Below, piece by piece: positions 40,148 through 48,545 of a DNA stretch of 64,000 nt. Within the stretch, counting starts at the first letter, position 1; each line of letters starts with the position of its first letter. This DNA comes from Polyangiales bacterium (lineage in GTDB: Bacteria > Myxococcota_A > Polyangia > Polyangiales > Polyangiaceae): assembly GCA_038230375.1 (NCBI GenBank), contig JBBRNJ010000012.1:70636-134635 (forward strand). Direction: 5' to 3'. Under the pieces are notes generated by a model. The model saw only the letters and a program-made list of their open reading frames with translations, had not been told where the DNA came from and made no database searches. Position numbers and translations under genes: made by a program.

Positions 40148-40996
40148 CTAGGCTTTGCCCTTTGGGGTGGTCTTCGGCTCGGCCTTTGCGTCTGCGGACG
40201 AGAGGAGCGTGTCCAGGCGGCCCACGCGATCGCCGAGCATGCGCGCCATCACCGCCTCTGCGTCGCGCTTCTGCCTCTGGCAGAGCAGCGTGATGTCGAG
40301 CGCGACCTGGCTGGTCGCCAGCTCCGCTATCGCGCGTGTCTCGCTCACGACGGCGCTATCCGTCTCCAGCTTCTCCGTGGCGCCGATGAGCGAGCGACGG
40401 TCGTCGGCGACCACGACGAGCCGATGCTTCCAGAAAGACTCCACGCCGCCCTCGGGCAAGCCGTAGCTGAACGAGTCCCCCGGAGTCTGCGGCAGCTCGG
40501 CGTGCGAGAACGTGACGATGTAGACCTTCCGCTTTGCAGCGCGCCGCATCTCCGGCAAGAGCAGCGACACCTCTCGTGGCCATCCACTGATGACGACCCG
40601 GTGGGCCGCGCCCCTGAGGATGTGCTCCGCCTCTTCCAGGATGCGCTCGTAGCCGCGGACGCTGAACGCGTCTGGCTCGGAGGGCTTCGCGTCGATCTTC
40701 TTCACGGCCTCCGCGAGCGCCTCGGTCGATGCGTCGAACCGCTTGCGCAGCAGCGCCAGCACGTCGTCGGAGGGTGCCGGCGCGAATCGCTCGGGCGTGC
40801 CCGCGATCGATCGCGCGGCCCCCACCTTCACCAGCCGTCGCAGCACGCCGTACACGGCCGAACGAGGGATCTGCGCGCGAACCCCGACCTCGTAGCCCGT
40901 GGCGGGGGCCTCCACGAGGAGCGCTGCATAGGCTCGCGACTCGTTCAAGCTGAACCCGAGCGAGACGAGCGCGGGTATGACTTCGGATTCGGCCAT
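40148..40996 (-). CDS. TrmB family transcriptional regulator
   Basis: LVSLGFSLNESRAYAALL...ATGYEVGVRAQIPRSAVYGVLRRL (wHTH); C-terminal LVVVADDRRSLIG. Confidence 0.85.
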   Translation of the reverse strand: MAESEVIPALVSLGFSLNESRAYAALLVEAPATGYEVGVRAQIPRSAVYGVLRRLVKVGAARSIAGTPERFAPAPSDDVLALLRKRFDASTEALAEAVKKIDAKPSEPDAFSVRGYERILEEAEHILRGAAHRVVISGWPREVSLLLPEMRRAAKRKVYIVTFSHAELPQTPGDSFSYGLPEGGVESFWKHRLVVVADDRRSLIGATEKLETDSAVVSETRAIAELATSQVALDITLLCQRQKRDAEAVMARMLGDRVGRLDTLLSSADAKAEPKTTPKGKA

Positions 40997-41085
40997 CAGT
41001 TCGGACTGAATTTCCCACGGATCGAGCCGGCGGAGAAGAAAAGACCCCCAAGCGAAAAAAATTGGGTGCTTTGCCCGATACCTTT

Positions 41086-41111
41086 GTAGCCTGGCCGCGT
41101 ACTGGCTCGGA
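41086..41111 (+). promoter_or_regulatory. Candidate ECF promoter of the RiPP precursor
   Basis: GTAGCC-N16-CGGA, close to the SigF/ECF16-type GTAACC-N16-CGAA consensus. Confidence 0.4.
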
Positions 41112-41163
41112 CCGATCCCGCGACGCGAAGCGTTTGCGAGGGTCTCATTGAGGAGAGAATCGA

Positions 41164-41421
41164 ATGAACATTGGCAAACATCTGGCAGTGACGGCGATGA
41201 CGGGCATGCTCGCGGGCGTCCTCGGCGGCTGCGGCGGCGACAAGCCTGCGGAGACCCCGAAGGCCCCCTCTTCCGACGTCGCCCCGGCGATGGCGAAGGA
41301 CTGCTGCAAGGGCAAGAACGAGTGCAAGAACAAGAGCGGCTGCAAGGCGGGCGACAACGCCTCCTGCGCCGGCAAGAACGAGTGCAAGGGTCACGGCACG
41401 AGCTGCCCGAAGCCGGGCTGA
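41164..41421 (+). CDS. Cys-rich bufferin-like RiPP precursor with lipoprotein signal
   Basis: GAGGAG RBS; LGGC lipobox (Cys23); two CxGKNECK repeats; directly upstream of DUF692. Confidence 0.82.
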   Translation: MNIGKHLAVTAMTGMLAGVLGGCGGDKPAETPKAPSSDVAPAMAKDCCKGKNECKNKSGCKAGDNASCAGKNECKGHGTSCPKPG

Positions 41422-41452
41422 TCTGGCTGTGATGTGAGCTGTGAGAACAGCG

Positions 41453-41502
41453 CGCGCCGGGCCTCCCACGTTTCAACGCGAGGACCTGGCGCGTTTCTTT
41501 TT
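41453..41502 (+). terminator. Hairpin plus U-tract between precursor and MNIO gene
   Basis: cgcgccgggcctc...gaggacctggcgcg followed by tttcttttt. Confidence 0.65.
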
Positions 41503-41529
41503 GTGGATCTTCGCTAGAGTTCGGTCCCC

Positions 41530-42402
41530 ATGGGTTTTCGAGAGAGACATCGCATCCCTGATCTCGGCGTGGGCGTGGGCTTTCGGCTGCCGCACTACGG
41601 GAAGGTCCTTGGCGACAAGCCGCAGATGGACTGGTTCGAGGTCATCAGCGAGAACTTCATGGTGGAGGGCGGCAAGCCGCTCGAGAACCTGAACGCGCTG
41701 TGCGCGGGCTATCGCGTCGTGCCGCACGGTGTGTCCATGTCGATCGGTGGCTCCGCGCCGCTCTCGCCCGTCTACCTGGACAGGCTGCAGAAGGTGCTGG
41801 AGCGGATTGCTCCGCCGTGGTTCTCCGATCACCTTTGCTGGGGTGGCACCGCTGGCCTGAATGCGCACGAGCTCTTGCCGCTGCCCATGAATGCAGAGGT
41901 GGTTCGCCACGTGGTGGAGCGCATCAAGCGCGTGCAGGACCGGTTCAACGTGCCCTTCGCGCTGGAGAACGTGTCCTCGTACATGGCGTTCCAGGCCAGC
42001 TCGATGCAGGAGTTCGAGTTCGTGTGCGAGGTCGCGGAGAAGAGCGACTCCGGCATCCTCTTCGACGTGAACAACATCTACGTCACGTACCGCAATCATG
42101 GGACCGACCCCATGGCGTACGTGGATGCCATCCCGAAGGACCGCGTCGTCCAGATCCATCTCGCCGGCCACACCGAGAAGGAGAACTACGTACTGGATAC
42201 CCACGCCGGACACGTCCGCGATGAGGTGTGGGAGCTCTATCGGCGCGCGATCGAGAAGCTCGGTGCCGTCTCCACGCTCGTCGAGTGGGACGACGACATT
42301 CCCGCGTGGGAGGTCCTTGCCGCCGAGGCCGACAAGGCACGCGCGCTGCGCAACGAGATCCTCGCGAAGCAGCCAAGCGTCATGACCCCGGCGAGCGTAT
42401 GA
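41530..42402 (+). CDS. DUF692 multinuclear non-heme iron oxidase (MNIO; BufB/HvfB-like)
   Basis: GVGFRLPHY, FEVISENFM, HGVSMSIG, SDHLCW, LENVSSY, FDVNNIY, QIHLAGH, DTH, LVEWD. Confidence 0.95.
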   Translation: MGFRERHRIPDLGVGVGFRLPHYGKVLGDKPQMDWFEVISENFMVEGGKPLENLNALCAGYRVVPHGVSMSIGGSAPLSPVYLDRLQKVLERIAPPWFSDHLCWGGTAGLNAHELLPLPMNAEVVRHVVERIKRVQDRFNVPFALENVSSYMAFQASSMQEFEFVCEVAEKSDSGILFDVNNIYVTYRNHGTDPMAYVDAIPKDRVVQIHLAGHTEKENYVLDTHAGHVRDEVWELYRRAIEKLGAVSTLVEWDDDIPAWEVLAAEADKARALRNEILAKQPSVMTPASV

Positions 42403-43214
42403 AGCCCACGGCGCTCCCGCAGATCCAGGACTTCGTGATCTCTGCGATCACGAAGACGTCGCCGCTCATGGGGCAGCTCGCGCTCGCGGAGAGCACGCGT
42501 GAGGTCACCACTGGGAACGAGCGCCTGTCTCCCGTGGAGCAGCTGGACATCTACCGCGAGCAGTTCTGGCTCCGGCACACCGGCGCGCTCGAGGAGGACT
42601 TCGTCAGCGTCGCGCGCCTGATCGGCACCGACCCTTTTCACACGTTATGTGCATCCTACATCAAGGCGCACCCGCCGCAGTCGTACACGCTGCGTGACCT
42701 GGGGGATCGCTTCGCGGAGTTCGTCTCATGCACGACGCCATACAAGGACGACGCACTGCTCTGTGATCTCTGCCACGTGGAGTGGGCGTTCGTGGAGGCC
42801 TTCGATGCGCCCGACGCGGCTCCCATCACCGCGCAGAAGATCGCCGCCACGCCGGAAGAGGCCTGGCCGAACGCCGTGGTCGCCCTTCACCCCGCGCTGC
42901 GGCTGCTCACGCTCCGCTATCCGGCGCACGACGTACGCATCAGCGCGCGCACCAGTGACGGTCCGCTCGTGCGCCCCGCGGCGCAGGACACGTGGCTCGT
43001 CGTGTTTCGCGGCACCGACACCCTCAAGTTCATCGACATCGAGCGCGACGCGTTCGTGCTGCTCTCGAAGCTGCACGCCGGCACCCCCCTTGGTCTTGCG
43101 TGCGAGGAGACCGTGACGGAGCTGGGCCTTTCCGAGGCCGCGTTCCAGGCCGAAGTCGGCGGGTGGTTCTCTTCGTGGACCCAGTGGGGCTGGGTCACGG
43201 ATCTCATCGTGTGA
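42399..43214 (+). CDS. DUF2063 MNIO partner protein (BufC/HvfC-like)
   Basis: QLDIYREQF...LEEDF...YIKAHPP..YTLRDLGDRF...EWAFVEAFDAPD; ATGA overlap with DUF692. Confidence 0.88.
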   Translation: MKPTALPQIQDFVISAITKTSPLMGQLALAESTREVTTGNERLSPVEQLDIYREQFWLRHTGALEEDFVSVARLIGTDPFHTLCASYIKAHPPQSYTLRDLGDRFAEFVSCTTPYKDDALLCDLCHVEWAFVEAFDAPDAAPITAQKIAATPEEAWPNAVVALHPALRLLTLRYPAHDVRISARTSDGPLVRPAAQDTWLVVFRGTDTLKFIDIERDAFVLLSKLHAGTPLGLACEETVTELGLSEAAFQAEVGGWFSSWTQWGWVTDLIV

Positions 43215-43233
43215 GGGGCGCGTCGTGTGACGC

Positions 43234-43875
43234 TCAGCCGCCGTCTTTCCGGTGATTGCCTGCGCGCGGGTGGAAGTTGAACGGGTAGTGACCGTGCGTC
43301 TCGAAGCCCTTCGCGCTCTTCGCGAACTTCAGCTTCTTGATGACGTCGCCGATGCACGACGCCACGCTCGGCTCCAGGATGGTGGAGCCCTGCGGGTCCA
43401 GGCCGATCTCGCTGACGTTGCCTTCAGGGTCGATCGTGAACTTCATCTTCACGTCGCCCTCGATGCCGGGATGCGCGGCGAGCGCGTTGTCATAGCAAGC
43501 GCGTGCCTCGTCGCGGTGCGCCGTGATGAGGACGCGAAGATCCTCGTGGCTACGCCCGGGCTCGCTCTGCCTCTTCGCGCCGCCGTCTCTCTTGCCGTCT
43601 CCGTCGCCGCCACCACCGCCACCTCCACCACCGCCGCCGCCCGCTGTCTGAGGCGTGCTCGGATCGAGCTTCGTGCCGGAGCCTGCGGGGCCAACGGCCA
43701 GCGTGGTCGACGGCGCGTTGTCTCCCGTCGGTGCGCCGCTCGCCACGGCGCCTGACGATGTCGCAGGGTTCGTTCCGGGCTCGGTCTTGGCGGGCGGCTG
43801 ACCTCCGCCGCATGCGAAGAAGAGCAATCCAAGGGCGGACATGGTCGCAACCGAGACGAAGGCGCAGGCTCGCAT
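43234..43875 (-). CDS. Lipoprotein with AgmX/PglI (TonB-C-like) C-terminal domain
   Basis: FFAC lipobox; ARACYDNAL...IEGDVKMKFTIDPEG...VASCI...YPFNF. Confidence 0.8.
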   Translation of the reverse strand: MRACAFVSVATMSALGLLFFACGGGQPPAKTEPGTNPATSSGAVASGAPTGDNAPSTTLAVGPAGSGTKLDPSTPQTAGGGGGGGGGGGGDGDGKRDGGAKRQSEPGRSHEDLRVLITAHRDEARACYDNALAAHPGIEGDVKMKFTIDPEGNVSEIGLDPQGSTILEPSVASCIGDVIKKLKFAKSAKGFETHGHYPFNFHPRAGNHRKDGG

Positions 43876-43979
43876 TTTCTGATCTCCCGATGCGGAGCCT
43901 ACCAAATGCGCCAACGTCGTGCTTGGCTTCCCGGCCGGACGCGCTATCGAAGAGGTCCGAGCCATCGGTCCCGCCAGCG

Positions 43980-44471
43980 ATGAAATATGTAATCTGCACA
44001 TTTCTGGTCCTGCTCGGACTCGTCGCCTTCATCGCATGCGGCGACGTGCCACAGCCGATCGTCTGTCACGACATTCCCGCCGGCGGCTGCCCGTCCGAGA
44101 ACGGCGCGGCCTGCCAGGACCCAACGTGCACCGCTGCATACCTCTGCAACCTGGCCGATGGCACCTGGGTGCTAGACCATCCGTGCCCAGCGCTCGAAGC
44201 CGGCCTCATGGACGCCGCAAGCGACGGACCTCGCGAGGCCGCCGCCTTGGGGTCACGCGACGCCAGCTTCGACGCTCCGCCCGGCGCCAACGGAGGGCCC
44301 GGCTGCGCTCCGCTAGAACAACCAGACTGCTCGCTAGGAGACGGGCTCGCGTGCCCAAGCGCGAGCGGTTGCTGCAACTGCGAAGACCTCTACATCTGTC
44401 AAAGCGGAGGCTGGAATCACTGGGGATCATGCAACCCCGCAACCGGCCTCATCACCGCCGACAAGAAGTAG
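43980..44471 (+). CDS. Cys-rich lipoprotein
   Basis: FIAC lipobox; two Cys-rich modules separated by a DAA linker. Confidence 0.72.
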   Translation: MKYVICTFLVLLGLVAFIACGDVPQPIVCHDIPAGGCPSENGAACQDPTCTAAYLCNLADGTWVLDHPCPALEAGLMDAASDGPREAAALGSRDASFDAPPGANGGPGCAPLEQPDCSLGDGLACPSASGCCNCEDLYICQSGGWNHWGSCNPATGLITADKK

Positions 44472-44494
44472 GGCATCCTCCCGCAGCTGACCCA

Positions 44495-44595
44495 CGACTA
44501 CGACTTCGACCATGACTTCGACTTCGACTTCGACCTCGACCCCGACCCCGACCTCGACCTCGACCCCGACCCCGACCTCGACCCCAACCCCGACC
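44495..44595. repeat. Hexamer tandem repeat (CGACYY)n, intergenic
   Basis: About 17 units cgactt/cgacct/cgaccc. Confidence 0.92.
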
Positions 44596-44617
44596 GGGTA
44601 CTACGCGTGCTCCTCCA

Positions 44618-44760
44618 CGCCGAGCGAAGCGAGACGCTGCCTCGTCAGAGCCGCCGTGTCAGCCCGCTCTGCGTCTGCAAAGCAGACGTTGGCGAAGCCA
44701 TCGTGGGGAGTCTCATCGAGCGGAGCTCGTGAGGGGCCGAAAGGCCCACGCGACAAAACC
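44618..44760. repeat. Multi-hairpin REP-like element
   Basis: cgtctgc-aaa-gcagacg, tggc-gaa-gcca, cgagc-gga-gctcg, gggcc-gaaa-ggccc; gagcgaagcgag motif. Confidence 0.5.
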
Positions 44761-44813
44761 CGTTTCGAATCTCCCCTCGCCAGCTCCCACCAAAGCCACG
44801 CCCCTCCAGACCC

Positions 44814-45389
44814 CTAACTTGCCTTCAAAAACGGCTCCCACTCCGGGAATTTTTCTGGCGAGCCCATCAGGATCTGGGCGGTCATCGACCAGCGGGGGCG
44901 GAAGGGGAGGCGGGCCAGGCGCATGTTCGCCTCTTCGGGTGTCTTCCAGCCCTTGCGCAGGTTGCAGACGCGGCACGCGGTGACGAGATTTTCCCACGTG
45001 TCGCCTCCTCCTCGGGAGCGCGGCATCACGTGATCGATGTTGAGGTCGCGGACGGGGGGCTGCTTGCCGCAGTACTGGCACTGGTGCGCGTCGCGGACCA
45101 TCAGGTTCTTGCGCGTCAGGCGCACCGTCACGCGCGGGGTGCGATCGTACTTGTGGAGGTGGAGCACACGCGGCACACGGAGCGCGCCGCCCACGATCGG
45201 GATCGCATCGTCCGACGGGCGCACGTCGAGCGCGCGCCAGTGATCGAAGTCGCGCCCCTCACCAACATCGTCGATGGCCTGCGCGGCACCCCCATAGAGC
45301 AGCACCATCGCCCGCTTCGCTGTGGTCAGCTGAACAGGCTGGAAGTACCGATTGAGGAGGAGGACTGGTTTTTGAAGTACGTCGGGCAT
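44814..45389 (-). CDS. HNH endonuclease (McrA/COG1403-like stand-alone)
   Basis: VLLLNRYFQP, RDAHQCQYCG, IDHVMPRSRGG, WENLVTACRVCNLRKG. Confidence 0.92.
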   Translation of the reverse strand: MPDVLQKPVLLLNRYFQPVQLTTAKRAMVLLYGGAAQAIDDVGEGRDFDHWRALDVRPSDDAIPIVGGALRVPRVLHLHKYDRTPRVTVRLTRKNLMVRDAHQCQYCGKQPPVRDLNIDHVMPRSRGGGDTWENLVTACRVCNLRKGWKTPEEANMRLARLPFRPRWSMTAQILMGSPEKFPEWEPFLKAS

Positions 45390-45527
45390 CAGCGCGCTCG
45401 CGCTCTCCCCACAAAGGCTAACCATGGACCACGTGGAAGTGTACTGCCCTCATTCTAGCAAATCGTGGCCCAAGCGCCCGCGCACCCTGTAGGCATCGCA
45501 GGTGTCGACCCTGTCTGAAAATGCTCT

Positions 45528-46124
45528 ATGATTGACGCACCACCTGTGAGCGACCTCGAAGAGAAGCCGAACGACCCTTCCCCCGACCCCAGCGCCGAGC
45601 CGCACGTGGTCCCCGTGGACGCGCCTGGGCGTCGTCGCCCGTCGCAAGACGGAGAGCCCGTCAACGTGAAGACTGGGTTGTTCATCGTCATCGGGCTCGT
45701 GATGGTGGGTGCTGGCATCGTCGGCGTGGTCCTCAGCGGCATGGAGGACAACGGCATCTACTCCAAGCCCATTGACCAGCTCGTTCTCGAGAAGGCGAAG
45801 TTCGCCGGTCGGCCAGTCCGCGCCGAGGGCATGCTCGTCCACGGCACCCTCGTGAAGCGCGATTCGCCATGCGAGTACCGCTTCACGATCGAGAACCAGG
45901 GGACAGAGGTGCCTGTCTCGTTCAAGCAGTGCGTCGTCCCCGACACGTTCCGCGACGTACCCGACATGCCCGTGAGCGTCACCGTCGAGGGCCAGCTCCA
46001 CGCCGACAATACATTCGAGGCAACCAAGGTCGTCGCGAAGTGCCCGAGCAAGTATGAGATGCAGGATCGCGCTCGCAAAGGCGAGAAGATGCCGCACGCG
46101 GCAATGAACCAGCAGCAGATGTAG
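45528..46124 (+). CDS. ccmE: Cytochrome c maturation heme chaperone CcmE, CxxxY type
   Basis: TM anchor; VRAEG, VPDTFRD, VEGQL, AKCPSKY. Confidence 0.85.
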   Translation: MIDAPPVSDLEEKPNDPSPDPSAEPHVVPVDAPGRRRPSQDGEPVNVKTGLFIVIGLVMVGAGIVGVVLSGMEDNGIYSKPIDQLVLEKAKFAGRPVRAEGMLVHGTLVKRDSPCEYRFTIENQGTEVPVSFKQCVVPDTFRDVPDMPVSVTVEGQLHADNTFEATKVVAKCPSKYEMQDRARKGEKMPHAAMNQQQM

Positions 46125-46128
46125 CCCA

Positions 46129-46749
46129 GTGGAGACCGCTCCCGTTCCCTGGCTCACGCATTTCGCAGCGACGCACGGGCTCAAGTACGAGCCCGACGTG
46201 GACGAGCGCTGGATCCGCGTCTGGGAGCCCTACGCCACGCTGCGCGTTCCCATCCGCTACGAGCACGGGCTGTCCGCCACTGGCGGGATCGGCTCGATCA
46301 CGATCGCGCGGTTCGTGGTCACCTTCGATGCGCCAAACCCCGCGGCGCCCGGGATGATCGAGCGCGAGGCATCCTCGTGGATCGTGATCGCTCAGGACAC
46401 GCGCCTCTCGGGCCGCGTTGCGGTGAGCTCCGACCGCGCGACCCTCTTCGCCGAGCCGCAAGATCTGGTCAGCGTGACGCGCCGAACGAGCGGCGATCCG
46501 GCGTTCGACGCCATCTTCTCGAGCTTCGCGCCCAGCGGCGCGGAGATGAACGACGCGCTCACACCGAGCCTCCGCAAGCTGCTGCTCGGCTGGCGCTTGC
46601 CGGTCCACGTGGAGGTGCGTCCAGGGGGATTCATCCTGGCGCCCGTGTCGATCAACGCAGACGCCGGGGGGCTCGCCTGGCTCATGGACGCGATCCACAT
46701 CTTCGGCGAGAAGGCCGCGAAACGGCCCGAACCGCGCCTCGGCCGGTGA
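46129..46749 (+). CDS. Hypothetical protein
   Basis: 206 aa ORF 4 bp after ccmE. Confidence 0.65.
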   Translation: METAPVPWLTHFAATHGLKYEPDVDERWIRVWEPYATLRVPIRYEHGLSATGGIGSITIARFVVTFDAPNPAAPGMIEREASSWIVIAQDTRLSGRVAVSSDRATLFAEPQDLVSVTRRTSGDPAFDAIFSSFAPSGAEMNDALTPSLRKLLLGWRLPVHVEVRPGGFILAPVSINADAGGLAWLMDAIHIFGEKAAKRPEPRLGR

Positions 46750-46779
46750 GGCGCCCGGTGAGCCGCTCGGTGAGGCGCT
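46744..46779. repeat. Three tandem 12-bp repeats CGGTGAGSCGCY
   Basis: Units start at 46744, 46756 and 46768. Confidence 0.8.
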
Positions 46780-46846
46780 CTGCTCTTTTGAGCGTTCGAG
46801 GCAGGGCCGATCGCAAGCTGTTTTACGGATGGCACCAGAACCGAGT

Positions 46847-47815
46847 ATGATCGTTCGCCGTATGCGTTCTCTTCGACCCCTCTTGCTTGCGGGCCTGTTC
46901 GCGACCGCCGTCGCAATCCCCGTCGCCGTCCCCGCGTTCGCCCAGTCGGCGTCCGCCACCAAGTCGACCTACTCCCAGTGCTCCAGGACACCCACTGCCG
47001 AGGAGGCATCGCAAGGCCACACCTCGTACACGTTCGGCAAGGAGAAGTACGACAAGGGCAGGCTCGACGAGGCGATCACCTTCTTCAAGGACGCCTACGA
47101 GCGCGACTGCCAGAACCACGACTACCTCATCATCATCTCCCGCGCGTACGAGCGTCAGCCAAACCTGCCCGAGGCGATCCTCGCGCTCGAGACCTACGTG
47201 CAGCGCGCGCCGAACGCGCCCGACGTCGAGAAGCACCGCGCGAACATCGACAGCATGAAGCAGCGCGCGAAGACCACCGCGACAACGCCAACGACCACGC
47301 CCACCACTCAGCCCACCGTCGCGCCTCAGCCCACTGTCGCGCCCCAGCCCAAAGAACAGGAGCACTCGCCCCTACCCTGGGTGGTCGCGGGTGTTGGCGG
47401 AGCTGCGCTGGGGACGGGTATCGTCCTTCTGGTGGTCGCGAAGACGCCACCCGATTGCGGAGGCGGTAACTGCAAGAACTACCTCGATGCCGGTGGGATC
47501 AACCCCTCACCCAATTCTGGTGTCAACGACCCGGCGACCGGCAAGCCGCTCGCCTGCGCCACCAATCCTGTCCTCAACGGATGCTCGCAGAGCGCCACCA
47601 ACCGACAGCGCCAGTCGGACGCCGGTACCGCGCAAGGCGAGACGAGCGCCGGGACAGTCCTGGTCGTTGCCGGCAGCGTCCTGCTGGTCGGAGGCCTTGT
47701 CTGGCACTTCGTCGAGCCCACGGGTCCCAAGAAGGAATCCGCGCTCAAGAACTTCCAGATCGCTCCCGTCGTGCTGCCTGGTTACAGCGGCATGGCCATG
47801 GGCGCTCGCTTCTGA
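46847..47815 (+). CDS. Exported TPR-containing protein
   Basis: Signal ending AFA; TPR-like GKEKYDKGRLDEAITFFKDAYE; C-terminal GARF. Confidence 0.72.
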   Translation: MIVRRMRSLRPLLLAGLFATAVAIPVAVPAFAQSASATKSTYSQCSRTPTAEEASQGHTSYTFGKEKYDKGRLDEAITFFKDAYERDCQNHDYLIIISRAYERQPNLPEAILALETYVQRAPNAPDVEKHRANIDSMKQRAKTTATTPTTTPTTQPTVAPQPTVAPQPKEQEHSPLPWVVAGVGGAALGTGIVLLVVAKTPPDCGGGNCKNYLDAGGINPSPNSGVNDPATGKPLACATNPVLNGCSQSATNRQRQSDAGTAQGETSAGTVLVVAGSVLLVGGLVWHFVEPTGPKKESALKNFQIAPVVLPGYSGMAMGARF

Positions 47816-47816
47816 C

Positions 47817-48524
47817 ATGGCCGGCGCGGTGTCGCGCCCTGCGCGCCTGCTCTCGCGACACGACGTTGGCGGGCAACTCGCACTCGTGGCGCTCGACGTG
47901 GACGTGCAGCACCAGGCTTCGTTCGTCACGCCCGGTCAATATGCCGCGCTGACGATCGACGGGAAAGAGGGCTACTTCGCGCTCGCATCGACCATGCTCG
48001 CAGCGCCGTGGGAGCTCGTCGTCAGGGACTCGGGCGGTGCGTCGCGCGCGCTTCTGACGTCGCCCATCGGCACCGAGCTGTTGCTGACGTCGGCCCTGGG
48101 CAACGGATTTCCCGTTCAGGTCGCGGAGCAGCAGCCCGCGGTCGTCGCCGTCACCGGCAGCGCGATCAGCGTGCTGCGGCCGCTCCTTGCCCATCGCGAG
48201 GCCCGTGGCGATCTCCAGCGCACCTACGTGTTCGTCGGCGCGCGCTCGATCGCGGAGACGCCGCTGGCCTCCGAGCTCACCACGTGGGCGCAGAAGGGAG
48301 CGCACGTCTGGCTCGCGACGTCTCGACGACCGTCAGCGGACTCGACACGCACGAACGAGGGCTCGCTTGCGCAGGTCCGCGTGGTGACGGGATATGTGCA
48401 GGATGCACTCAATGCAGCCGTGGCCGCTGGCGACGCTCCGGCGGGCGCAGTGGCATTCGCGGCTGGACACGCGGAAATGCTCAGGGCTCTGACGGGCCTC
48501 TCGTCCGTGTACACGAACGTCTGA
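47817..48524 (+). CDS. Ferredoxin-NADP reductase-like FAD/NAD-binding oxidoreductase
   Basis: PGQY, YFALAS, GNGFP, TGSAIS, GYVQD, AGHAEM. Confidence 0.75.
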   Translation: MAGAVSRPARLLSRHDVGGQLALVALDVDVQHQASFVTPGQYAALTIDGKEGYFALASTMLAAPWELVVRDSGGASRALLTSPIGTELLLTSALGNGFPVQVAEQQPAVVAVTGSAISVLRPLLAHREARGDLQRTYVFVGARSIAETPLASELTTWAQKGAHVWLATSRRPSADSTRTNEGSLAQVRVVTGYVQDALNAAVAAGDAPAGAVAFAAGHAEMLRALTGLSSVYTNV

Positions 48525-48545
48525 ACCAAGTAGGATTTGCCGAGC

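Noticed and set aside
44512..44817. ORF starting MTSTSTSTSTPTP
   Set aside because: It reads through the hexamer tract and the hairpin element and is most likely spurious.
44814..45389. HNH as an IscB/Cas9-like RNA-guided nuclease or restriction system
   Set aside because: Only 191 aa, no RuvC or PLMP motifs and no methylase; it matches the common stand-alone HNH family.
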